Assembly: GCA_028826165.1 (NCBI GenBank)
Contig: JAPDFW010000063.1
Span: 248,001-312,000 of the forward strand
Source: Anaeramoeba ignava BMAN
Lineage: Eukaryota; Protista; Anaeramoebae
Direction of reading: 5' to 3'
DNA: 64,000 nucleotides
Position 1 is the first letter of the stretch; each line of letters opens with the position of its first letter. The position numbers and the translations under genes are program-made. Below are positions 35,212 through 48,581 of this stretch, one piece after another. Below the pieces are notes generated by a model. That model made no database searches and was not told the DNA's origin. It saw only the letters and a list, made by a program, of their open reading frames with translations.

Positions 35212-38200
35212 TTAATTTTGATTTGTTTTTTGATTTGTTTCTTCATTTGTTTTTTCTTTATAATGATAATTAAGATTCTTATTATGATGAAAAGATGTAT
35301 TAGATTGACTAATTATATCTCTAATAAGATCTAATGTTTGTTGATGAATTGGAAATTTTAATTGAATTAAAATTTTTGAAATTTCATTAATTTTTTCTTT
35401 TGAATTTTTGATATATTTAAAAATTAAACAATTTGAAGCAAAATTAAAATCTAAACGAACTAATCTTTTAAAAGAAATATTATGTTTAATTTTTTTCTTA
35501 TATAAAACCAACAATCTTCGATCTAAAAATTAAAATTAAAATTAAAATTAAAATTAAAATTAAAATTAAAATTAATAATTATAATTAAAAACCTGTAACA
35601 AATAAAACAAGATTTGGTTCGTAAATAACATGATATAAAATAAAAGTTTCCTTCCTAAATTTTCCATTTTGAATAGAATTTAATAATTCTTGATGTTTTG
35701 CATCTGATTCATTATATTGTAATAATTTTCTTGAAATTGGAATATGTCTTGGAATTCTTTGACGTTTTTGATTTTTTAAATCAAAAATTTTTGGGGTATT
35801 TTTAATACCATCTAAAACATTAGTAGTAAAATCAGTTGCACCAATAATAGGTTTTGAAACAACACCAACAAGACCTCTTGCTGTTCCTTCAAAAAAGCCA
35901 GAAATTCCTTTCTTTTTGGAATAAACAATTGGTTGTTTAATAACTCCAGTTAAACCCGATAAAATTGAGTAAAGTAATGATTTACTTCCCATATAAATTC
36001 CTTCAAAAATATGATCAGGTCTTTTTTGTAAATTATATCTTCTTTTGTGCCAAAATTCTGGATCAAGTGATAATCTTTCAAATCCATTTCCAATGCTTGT
36101 AACGAATTTACTTGATGAATTTAATGGTGCTGAAATTGAATTTTTGACAAGTCCCCATGTTCCTTTTCCGAGTCCTTTAACAAATTCTTTTGGTGATTTA
36201 ACAATTCCTTTTATCGGTTCGTGGAAGAACATATAAACTCCTAAATTTATTTAATATTTAATATTTAATATTTTATATTTATTATTTAATATTTTATATT
36301 TTATATTTTATATTTAATATTTAATATTTAATATTTTATATTTTATATTTTATATTTTATATTTTATATTTTATATTTTATATTTTATATTTTATATTTT
36401 ATATTTTATATTTAATATTTTATATTTTATATTTTATATTTAACCTTTAATATTTTATATTTTATATTAATATTTTATATTTTATATTTAATATTTAATA
36501 TTTAATATTTTATATTTAATATTTTATATTTAATATTTTATATTTAATATTTTTATATTTTATATTTTATATTTAATATTTTATATTTTATATTTTTATA
36601 TTTTATTATTTAATATTTTATATATTATATTTAATATTTATTATTTTATATTATTTAATATTTTATATATAATATTTAATATTTAATATTTAATATTTTA
36701 TATTTTATATTTTATATTTTATATTTAATATTTAATATTTTATATTTAATATTTAATATTTTATATTTTATATTTTATATTTTATATTTTATATTTAATA
36801 TTTATTATTTTATATTTATTATTTTATATTTAATATTTAATATTTTTATATTTTATATTTAACCTTTTCCAAGATCACCAAATAATCCAACAGGATCTCC
36901 AATACAATCTATAGATCCAATAATCTTATATACTTGCCCTATAGCTGAAGACATATAATGATCTAATAATCTTACAATAATCTCATCCATACTTTTATAT
37001 AAATCTCTTAAAATTATTCCTGAAAGTCGAATTTTTGCATCATTAAAATCAAAAAGTGATATAAATCCAAAATTTGATTTGATAAGGTTTTGAAGTTCAA
37101 TATTTTTTTCTTCAAGAAAAGGTGAAATATGAAATGATATGTTAATTTGGATAGGATTTAAATGAAGTAATTCAAAATAGACTTTTTGTGAACTAGAGAT
37201 AGTTTGTAAGTAGTCAAGTGAAAAAAACTGTTCCAAAAATGAATTTTCTTTTGATTGCAAGATAATATCATCATTTTGATTATTTTCATTAATTTGAATA
37301 ATTTCATCATTTTCATCATTTTGAATATTTTCATTGTTTTCATTGTTTTCATCGTTTTCATTGTTTTCATTGCTTTCAACATAGGTTGATTTGCTTTGAT
37401 CTTCTGTTGAACTCATCCCAGAAATCAAATCCAAAATCTCAAATATTAAATCATCATCCAATTTTAACTCAAGTACTTGTAAAAGAATTGAGGCATATTT
37501 AAAATACATCATATCCTTTGCATTCAAATAAGACAGAACATAACTTAATTGGAAAACAGGAGGCGCATTTCTAACAGGTTTCGGAGCAAGAATAACAGGA
37601 AAAGTTGCGGAAGAAAGTTGGTTATCGATTTGTAAATTTTGTATCGAAAAAGTTACATTTGAATCAATATTTGATTTTTCAAAAAATAATTTTGTGTCTT
37701 TCAAAGAAAGTAGCATGACTTCTTTTGGTTCGTTTGACAAAAAGGAGATGAAAAGAGAAGATAAATTCAAATCTGCTTGCAATGAAACATCTCGTTGAGC
37801 ATGTTTCAGATGAAGATTCAAGGAACTTTCGGAATGAAATGATCCAATTTCGGAAATTTGAAGAACTTGAGACTTTCCAACAACAAAAACCGAGCATTCA
37901 ACATCTTTTTTGTCTGCAAAAAGTTTAACGCGTTTATAAGTTTTGATTTTGTTCATATTGACTGATTGAAAAAATTCCTTTCCGATAATTCTCAATTCAA
38001 CTTTTGGAGGTAAATTAATATCTTGCCAAGCATATCGAGTCGAAAAACTTGGAGGAATAATTTCCTCAATTTTACTGTTCTTTTGCCGCATTTTGAAAGT
38101 GAAATTTGTGTTGTTAACAATATAATATGGTGGTGATTTTGGATCTGTTGGAGAGAATGAGATTAATATCGTTGATTGTTGTTTTTTCACAAGCAATTCA

Positions 38201-41200
38201 ATAATTTCAAATCTTGTTGTGTTTTCACTCGAAAGTTTGAAAAAGAAATTTCCTAGGTTTCTATTTGAGATTTCGCAAGACCAGAGCCAAGTATTTGCTC
38301 GATTTGAAAAGTGGTCGAGAAGAAGAACAACTCTTTTTTGGTTTGTTTGCTTTTGTTCTTGGTTTTCAAACGAGGTTCGGAAATTTGTCACTTGATTTCC
38401 CCATTTGATTTTGCTTTTTGTTATTCCAGACTCAACAGAAAAAGGGGTTTCTTTGGCTTGAATTCCAGATTCAACAAAGAACAATTTTCTTGGCAAGTTG
38501 TTCATAAACACAAATCTTGGCGAAATTGATACGAGTTTTGTTAATGGTGATGGCTGAATAGAAAGCCCGAAAAAATATGTCACTTTTTCTTCTGGATCTT
38601 CAATTTGTATTTCTTTATCAATTCCAAGTGAATCTATCGGAATCAATTGAGTTGCTAATTTTGATGATGAAGATCCAATTCTCATGATCATTTTATCGGA
38701 ATGAAACAAGGAAATGATTTTATTTTCAGAAATTTGAACCTCAAAAGGATCCGTTTTGTTTTTTGATTCAAAAAACAACGGCAATTCTGTTCTGTTGATC
38801 AACCAATACTTACTGAAAATGGTTATTCTTCTTGTTTGGGTTTCTGGTTCTTGATTCATTTGGATAAAAAGATTGCTTTTTTTATCAGTGAAATGGATTT
38901 CGATAAATTTTTCGTTTTGGATTTTGGAGAGATCTAATGAGATGATTTCAGATCTCCTTTCCTTTTGTTCCCTTGTCATCATAACAACACACATTTTGAA
39001 CTCATGATTCATATTGTCAATGAATTGAAGTTGTTGTTTATAATCAATAAAATGAGCCTCTTCTTTTGTGGCTTTTGATCTTTGGCTTCGTTTTGTTCGC
39101 CAATTAAACGCACAATTTGAATTGGGATTGGACAACGATTCTCTAAAATGGCATAAGGATATATCCCAAAATTCCAGCATTTTTGCTTTCTTGATAAACT
39201 TGGGTTTCGATAAATTTTCAGATCCGATTTCACAAAAAACAGAGAATCATCAACAGAAGAAAAAAGTGTGTTGATTTCGTTTTTCAAACGAGTGAATCTG
39301 ATTGTGTTTTTTTGATTGATTGAAGTTTCCAAAAATTTCGTTTCGTGTTTTTTAGTTTTAGTTGATTTTTTTGAAGGATCAAATATTATTCCGTTGCTTG
39401 AACTTGAATTAAGGGATATTGTGTATGTTTCGTCTGGAATAATTGTATATTTTGTATCAAATGATTTTTGTGATTCTTGAAGCATTGAAATATCGAAGTT
39501 GAATTGTGTGTGATTTTCAATTGAAATGGGAGTGTGGAATCTCACAATTTTGCATCCCTTCTCGAGTTTTATTGTTGAAAAAATGACATTTTGATTATTG
39601 GAAGTTTCATCAAGAATAAACAGTGTTTGACCTATTTTTTCAATATTGACTTTGTTGCTTTTGAATGAGGGAGAATTTGGGAAGCTAAACGCAACATATC
39701 TGGGAAATTCTTGATTAAATTCTCGTCGAGTAAGCTCATTTTCCTCTTGAAGCATTGGGATTCGTTGATTTGGATTGAGCATGATTTCTGGCGCGTTTTC
39801 TTCTTGTGCTTTTCGAGTGAACTTGATACTCATCGGCTCTCCTGTTTTGTTTTCAACCCACAAAGGATGATACCGTTCAATTTGTTTTTCGGTTTTTTTT
39901 TCCGAATATTTTTGATCCGATTTCTCAATTTTGATGCTGAGTCTTTTTTGCAAATTGCTTTCTGAATCTTGGATCGTCTCCTTTTTCATTGATTCAAGAA
40001 TTTCATTGACAACTGGGAACAAAGAAGGTGATATGTTAATAGAAAGGGGACTGAAAGTGCGAAAAATAAGTTTCTGTAAATTTTTTTGGGGGATACTTTC
40101 AAATTTTAAAGCAAAATTCCAAGGTTCTATGACAGATTCCCAAGAAAGCACTTGGGGATTAAAAAAATCAACGGAAACTGATGTTTCAATTTGTGATTTC
40201 AAATTATTTGACCAGTTTTCAGCTTGACAGTTGACATTTGGGATTATAAGTTTGATAAGCGGTTGTTGTTTGGAAAGAGAGTCGTTGATCAAGAGTATTC
40301 TGATTCCCGAAACTTGGAGATTCAATGCCTCTTTGATTTGTGGTGTTTTTGGGGGTTTAATTCCATATCCAGTTTTCTTAGCCAAATTTGAGAAGGCTTC
40401 TTCAACAACTTGTTGCTCGATTTTTTTGTGAAGATCGTAATCAGTTATTGATGTTTGAGTTTGAGTTGTGTTTGTTTTTTTCTTCGCAATTTCAATAGCA
40501 TTGTCTGTTTCTTGTTTTGGAGCTTCTGGTAAAAATGATGTTGCATCAGAAGCAATTGTTAAAAATGTGATAATATCTTGATAAGAAGAAAATAGATTGA
40601 ACAGATCAATTCGCGCATTGATGATTGTGTCGGTTAACTTAGGATTTTCTTTGTGTTGATCCATGATCATTTCTGTGTCAATTCCAAAAGGCAGAATAAT
40701 TGGGATCCGGTTTTGTGGATTTTGATAATTGAAAATGAATGCCTCCATTTTTTTCATTTTCAAATCAATTTTTGAATTTCCTTTTCCGTTATCGAAATAT
40801 TGAACAGCAACTTTTTGTTGTAAGGCAACTGTTTTGGTGTTTGGATTGTTGCGGTTTTCGAGAAGAAGGAATGTCAAATCACGGATGAAAACAATAACAA
40901 TAAAATCAGAAGGTGGAGGTGGTTCTTCTTGTTTTTTTTGAGCAAATTGGATTTCACTTTTATTCTTTTCGAAATTGAATTCCTTTTCAAAAAAAACATC
41001 TGATTCAACTTGTATTAATTGATCATCATTTTCGTTATTTTCGTTATTTTCATTATTTTCATTATTTTCATTATTTTCATTATTTTCATTATTTTGATTT
41101 TCATCATTTTTTGAATCGGAATCTTTTTCTTTTAAAGGTTCTGCAGTGAAGAAATTTAATAACTGAAAAAGAGGAAACCAAAGACCATAAAAATTTGGAT

Positions 41201-44200
41201 CGAGATAATTCACTTCAATTTTCATATTTCCTTTCCAATCCATATCGACCCAAACACCGAGATGATTTTGGTTTTGTTCAACTTGAGTGATTCTTTCTTG
41301 AGATGAAAAATGTTGCAAAGATTCATCTTCTTGGTGATCATTTGATTGAAATTCAGGAATAGTATGGGATTCAATCAAGTAAACAAAGGGAGAAGAATTA
41401 TTGCGTTGGGTATCAAGACCTTGAAGAGAGCCGAAGAAAACCTCGACAGTTAAATCACCATTTGTGAAAAGCTTGACATCAGAAAGCATGTCTGATATGA
41501 AAAACTTGGCAAATGATTTCAGTTGTTCCGCATCAAATGTTTTTTTGTCAGAATTCAACACTTGGATTCCTTGTATAAATTCCACCCCAACCTCGTCAAA
41601 ATGAACCTTGACTTGGGTCGTAACTTTGCGGATATTTTGCTCGATATTTTTCTTTTGTTCGCGCTGTCCTCGTTCTGTTGGTTCTGTGAAGAAGATGGGC
41701 TGTTCTTTGAAGTTCCCGCGGAAAGTATCAAGAAGATGATCATATTCATTGCGGTTGAAAATCATTGTGATTGTGGATATATTTCCGTTTATATCAATCG
41801 GCATGATTGTTGTTGAATTTGGATTTTGGATCGGCAAAGAAACGTTAACGTTTATATTGAACCACGGAATCACTGTTGAATAAGTGCTTGTTTTTTGTTT
41901 GCGTTTTCCTGTCAGAAGTTGAATTTGTGAAAGTTTAACTTGATAAATGTTTGAAACTGAAATTAATTCCCGATTGTAAATATTCGTGATTTTTGCTTCT
42001 TTAATCTCGAAATGAAAGAGATGATCATCGAAAGATGTTTCTGGTAGAATCACAACAAAATTATTCAATAGAAAATCAAATTTGATGATGCTAAATTCGA
42101 TGTCGATGATGTGGGAAGTTTTTTTAAGCAGAGTTTTTCTATTTTCAGTTAATTTTCCCCAAATCATATCTTTTCCGATTGTTGGTTTTTTTTTAAATAT
42201 TGGTTGTTCTTTTTGTTTTTGTTCTTGTTTTTGTTCTTGTTCTTGTTCTTGTTCTTCAATTTGCTTTGGTTTTTCTGGTGACATTTTATTTGTTATATCC
42301 TCAATAAACCCAAGAATTTCAAAAAGAAAGCGTTGAAGATAAACAATACGAATTCCTGTGATTTTTGTTGAAATTTCAATATCAGGTGAATCATCACTTT
42401 CCTTTTTATTGAATAACTTCATATTGAAAGTGACTGGTTCAGAAGAGCCATATAAAGCGATAATACTTGTGTATTTTTCGCCATAAGGACTTAAGTCTTT
42501 GATTTGGAAGTTTTTAAATGCTCCATAAATTTCGGTTGCTTTTTCATCAAGTGTGAGAAATAAATTGAAGTCTGAAAAACGAATTTGAGCAAAATCATTT
42601 TGTTTTGCGTTTAAAACAACAGAAATTCTTTCTATATTTGCTTCAAATGATATTTTGAAAACCAAATTTGGGTTTTTCAACAGAATCTGCTGTTGTTTCA
42701 ATAAATTCTAAAAGTGTTGGTTTTTTTTCCATTTCCATGAATTGGGTTGTCACGCTTTTAAAAGTTAAAATATTTGATTCTTCTTTTTTTTCTTTTGCAA
42801 TTTCTTGCATACTAACTTGTTCACTTAAAATTTCTTTTTCTTCTTTTTCTTCTTCTTCTTCTAAATGGAAAAAATTCAATAATTCAATAAAAAACTCTTC
42901 CTGGAAAACAACTTCCATTTTATAGAAGTTCATTTTGATTAGTGTATCTATTCCTTTAAAATTTGGTGATAATTTGTCAATATTTTTCAATGTAACTTCA
43001 ATTAAATTTCTTGTTTCAGAAATGGAATAAATAAAATTTGGGCATGATTTATCAAATAAATTTTCCATGAGAATTCCTCCAATTTTAAAATTAAGTGTAG
43101 AATCATAAGTTCTTGATTTATAAGATGCATCTATTTGATTAATACTTAGATTTGCAAATCCTATTTTAAAATAATATATAAAATATTAAATAAATTATTA
43201 AATAAAATATTAAATAAAATATTAAATAAGATATTAAATAAAATAATAAATAAAATATTAAATAAAATATTATTTAAAATATTATATAAAATATTAAATA
43301 AAATATTATATAAAATATTAAATAAAATATTATATAAAATATTAAATAAAATATTATATAAAATATTAAATAAAATATTATATAAAATATTATATAAAAT
43401 ATTATATAAAATATTATATAAAATATTAAATAAAATATTATATAAAATATTAAATAAATTATTAAATAAAATATTAAAATAAAATAAAAAAATAAAATAT
43501 TATATATAAAATATTAAATAAAAAAAAAATATAAAATAAAATATTAAATAAAAATATTATATAAAATATTAAATAAAATATTATATAAAAATATTATATA
43601 AAATATTAATATAAAATATTATATAAAATATTAAATAAAATATTAAATAAAATATTAAATAAAATATTAAATAAAATATTAAAATAAAATAAAATAAAAT
43701 ATTAAATAAAATATTATATAAAATATTAAATAAATTATTAAATAAAATATTAAATAAAATATTATTTAAAATATTAAATAAAATAATAAATAAAATATTA
43801 AATAAAATAATAAATAAAAATATAAAATATTAAATAAAATATTAAATAAAATATTAAATAAAATATTAAATAAAATATTAAATAAAATATTAAATAAAAT
43901 ATTATATAAAATATTAAATAAATTATTAAATAAAATATTAAATAAAAATATTAAACAAAAAATATATAAATAAAATAAATATAAATATAAAATATTTATA
44001 TAAAAAAATATAAAATATTAAATAAAAATATTATAAAATATTTTATTTAAATTAAATAAAAATATTATATAAAATATTATATAAAATATTATATAAAAAT
44101 ATTATATATAATAATAAATAAAATATTAAATATAAAATATTAAATATAATATTAAATAAAATATTATATAAAATATTATATAAAATATTAAATAAAAAAT

Positions 44201-47200
44201 TAAATAAAATATTAAATAAAATATTATATAAAATATTATATAAAATATTAAATAAAATATTATATAAAAATATTATATAAAAATATATAAAATATTAAAT
44301 AAAATATTAAAATAAAATATTAAAAAAAAATATTAAATAAAAATATTAAATAAAATATTAAATAAAAAAATTAAATAAAAATAAATAAAATATTATATAA
44401 AAATATTAAATAAAATATTAAATATAATATTAAATAAAATATTATATAAAATATTAAATAAAATATTAAATAAAATAAAAAATAAATTAAATAAAATAAA
44501 ATATTATATAAAATATTATATAAAATATTATATAAAATATTATATAAAATATTATATAAAATATTAAATAAAATATTAAATAAAATATTAAATAAAATAT
44601 TAAATAAAATATTAAATAAAATATTAAATAAAATATTAAATAAAATATTAAATAAAATATTATATAAAATATTATATAAAATATTATATAAAATATTATA
44701 TAAAATATTATATAAAATATTATATAAAATATTATATAAAATATTATATAAAATATTAAATAAAATATTAAATAAAATATTATATAAAATATTATATAAA
44801 ATATTATATAAAATATTAAATAAAATATTAAATAAAATATTAATATAAAATATTAAATAAAATATTATATAAAATATTATTTAAAATATTAAATAAAATA
44901 TTATATAAAATATTAAATAAAATATTAAATATAATATTAAATAAAATATTAAATAAAATATTAAATAAAATATTAAATAAAATAATAAATAAAATATTAA
45001 ATAAAATATTAAATAAAATATTAAATAAAATATTATATAAAATTCACCTTCATTATCATCTTTAACAAGAAAAATAGAAATTTTTTCAATTTTAAAAGAA
45101 GTTTCTAAATTTGTTTGTGCAATTAATTCTTTATGTCCTTTTTCTTTGGATAATTGTTTCATATATAAATCAAAAGCTTCATTAAATCTTCGTACTGTTT
45201 GATATTCTGATGGATCTGAAAATGTTTTTGAAAGAACTGAAGCGATTTGAGAATATTGTTTTTTTGATAAATGAAATTCAAGACTTGGTAATTTTCCTAT
45301 AATTCTAAAAATTAAATTTTGATTTTAATTTTAATTTTGATTTTAATTTTAATTTTAAATTTAATTTTAAAATGAAATTTAATTTTAATTTTAATTTGAA
45401 TTTTAAAATGAATTTTAATTTTAAATTTGATTTTGATTTTAATTTTAATTTTAAATTTAATTTTAAAATGAAATTTAATTTTAATTTGAATTTTAATTTT
45501 AAAATGAATTTTAATTTTAATTTTAAATTTAATTTTAATTGAATTTTAAATTAATTACTTTAAAGCAGGCATATTGGGATTTGATTGTAAAACACATATC
45601 TTTGTTGTAAGTAATATATCAAAATTTTTAATAACTTGAAAACCTTCAAAAATTACTTTCTCATCTTTGGAATTAATTCGATCCCAATGAGAACGATTTT
45701 CAAGAAGAATACAATTAGCACTTCTCAATTCCAAATCATAATTGTCATAATGATCAGATTCACGCATAAGATTTTTCCTTCCATTTTGTGAATATAATAA
45801 AAAAACCTCATTTGAATTTTGATTGATTTTTTTGTTAACATTAGATTTTGATGATTTCATTGTTAAATGACCAAGATCTACAACAAGAAGTGGAGCATTC
45901 TCTTTTGAAACGCTTTCGGGAATAAGAATAATAGGAGCTGCAATATCTAATTGGAGATTGATTGTTTTTCTATTTTTCAAAACGTCTTGGATTTTTGTAT
46001 TTGTTGAATCTTTAAGAGATTGAAGTTGAGAAAGTGTTTTTTGTTGCATTTCATCTACAATGTAATTTTGTTGAGATGAAGCAAAAAAATTAACCAATGA
46101 TTTAACAATAGAGGAGTTGAAAACAATTTGGAGCGGTTGCATTTGGAAAAAAAGATCCAAATCGGATTTTTTATGATCTGGATTGAGTCTAAGTTTCATT
46201 TCAAGAAGATTTTTATGATTTTGACTTTGATATCCATATTTTTGACTTTGATTTTCATTATTTTGACTTTGATATCGATTTCCGTTATTTTTATTTTCAT
46301 CCATAAAATAATAAGAACTCATTCTCTTGCGACTGATAATTTTTGGATACTCCTTGTTTCTCGGTGAAAGATCTATAATCTCAAAAGATGATAAAGAAAG
46401 ATCAAGATCAAAGGACTTTTTACGAATAGTTGTCAAAGCAGAAAAAAGAGAAAAAGAAACTTTAAGAAGATCTTTAACACCTGTTTTTGTGAGTGTTAGA
46501 TCGCCTCCTTGGATTTGGAGATTAATTCTGAAATATATATATTTATCAGGCACATGATCTTGCACAATTCCTTGCAGTTTTGTATATTCAATCGCTTGGT
46601 AAAGATCCTTCATTTCTTCATCAGTTAATTTTACATCTCCTAATTCTTTGATTTTATCTTTATCTTCATCTCCATTCTTTTTGTTCTTTTTCTTTAACAT
46701 CTGCTTTATATTTCGAGCTCCTTTGATAATAATATTTGAATTGATCTTCTCCTTCGTAAGTTCTACTTCTGCGATTTGGCGGAAGTAGATGATCATTTCG
46801 AAAGGATATTGTTTTTCAATTTCTTCAATTTTGAAATTTTCTTGACTTTTCTTGAATTTTTTCAATTTTGAAGTTTTTCTTTTTCCAAAGAGAAACATAT
46901 TCTTTTCTTTTTTGTGTTGTTGTAACAAGAGTGTCCCAATTAAACAAACCTTTTTTTTCTAATACAATTCCTTTCCCGCATCTATAGATATATTTCCACC
47001 ATTCTTTAGAAACTTGATCCATTCCAATTCTAACTGGAGCTTTTGGTTTATGATAAATATTGAACTAAATAAAAAAAAGCAAAAAAAAAAAACGGAAATT
47101 TGGATTAAAAAAAAAAGCAAAAAAAAAAACGGAAATTTCTTACTTTTTCCATTCGATAAAATCTACCAAGTAAAGAAGCAATATGAACAATCATTTTATA

Positions 47201-48307
47201 TTGTAAATCTTCAAAAGTAAAAGAGAAAGTTTCAAAATGAGCAAGAATATCGAATCTTGGTTCTTCAAGTGAATCACCAAGAGCATAAGCGAATTTTTTC
47301 ATTTTGAGTTTTAAAATTCCTCCTACTGGGCGAAGAAGATACTGATGATACACTTGTTCCTTATTTTTTTTCGGGATTAATGAATCAAGTTTCCTGTCAA
47401 ATTCTTCTATTGAATTAAAAACTACTGGATCTGTATCTGTATCCCAATAAAGTGATAAGTGATCAAATGTTATATTTTTGAAAAGTGTATCAGTTCTTGT
47501 GTTTGTATTTCCATTCCAATCTTTATCAGAACTTTGGATATTTAATTGATCTAAAGTTATTCCGAATGCGAAATTTCTCTAAGTATTTCAATTTAAATTT
47601 AAATTCAAAAATTCAATTAAAATTTAATTTAAAATTAATATTTAATTTAAAATTAATATTTAAAATAAATATTTAAAAAATACTCTAAAAGCAGCACCTT
47701 CATAACGAAGATGTATATTTTTAATTGAAACTTTTAAATTATCAATAATTTTCGCAACTAAACTATCTACAAATCCAGGAGATTTAATTTTTTTTTCTTT
47801 TTGAGAAAGTTCATATGATTCAAGTAATTTCTTTTTAATTTCATAAGCTTGTTCAATAGCATCATCATCATTTACCTTTTATTATAAATTATATATTATA
47901 AATTATTATAAATTATAAATTATATAAAAAATAATTTATACATAATTAGATGAACTACAAATTAAATAAATTTTATTAATTTCTAATAAAATAGTTCCAT
48001 TTTTTAAATTTTTCCAAGGAATTTTTAATCTAAATTCACCAAGAAAACCTTTTATAAATTATATGCAAAAAAAACAACAAAGAAAAAACGAAATTAAAAT
48101 TTAATAAATTAATAAATAAATAAAATTAAAAATACCCTCTTTAATTTTTATGGGTAATTTTAAGAAGTTTAACGCATCAACTTTCAATTTAAGATTATTT
48201 AAAGAAACATCTCCTTTAAATACTCCTAATTTTAAATTGGAAGAATCAAGATGTTCAACAAATTGACCCAAAAGATGATTTAAAACAGAAGTAAGAACAG
48301 TTTGCAT
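35212..48307 (-). CDS. VPS13: VPS13-family lipid transfer protein; multi-exon, with three apparent frameshifts
   Basis: Chorein N-terminus (LNHLLGQFVEHLDSSNLKLGVFKGDVSLNNLKLK); IHLRYE; LDIAAPIILIP; WESVIEPW; IFSKYWLINRTELP; LQIDNQL..ATFPVIL; IGDPVGLF; EPIKG and GLVGVVSKPIIG (ATG2-C-like). Confidence 0.93.
43161..45046. repeat. Intronic (AAATAAAATATT)n satellite, about 1.9 kb, in VPS13
   Basis: Tandem 12-mer between a minus-strand donor (G|GTGAAT) and acceptor (AAAATAG|GA). Confidence 0.9.
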
Positions 48308-48581
48308 AATTAAATTTAAATTAAAATTTTTTAAAAAAAAAAAATGAAATGATGAAATTCAAAAAAAAAAAAAAATATTTAAATTTAAATTTTTCTTTGT
48401 GAAGGTTGTTTTTGGTTTTATTTTTACCATCAAAATACCATCACAATTATTGAGAGAAAAAAAAAAAAAGAAAAAAGAGAAAAGAAAAAAAGGAAAGAAA
48501 AATCAATTTGCTTTCAAAAAAGAAAGAAAAAAAAAAATTTTTTTTTTGGATCTTCTTTTTGAAATACTTTTTTTTTTTGAT

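Noticed and set aside
42640-46830. Euplotes-style +1 frameshift at T-TGA-A in VPS13
   Set aside because: Such stops are expected in the shifted frame of AT-rich codons, and the protein reads more naturally with the shift upstream at homopolymers.
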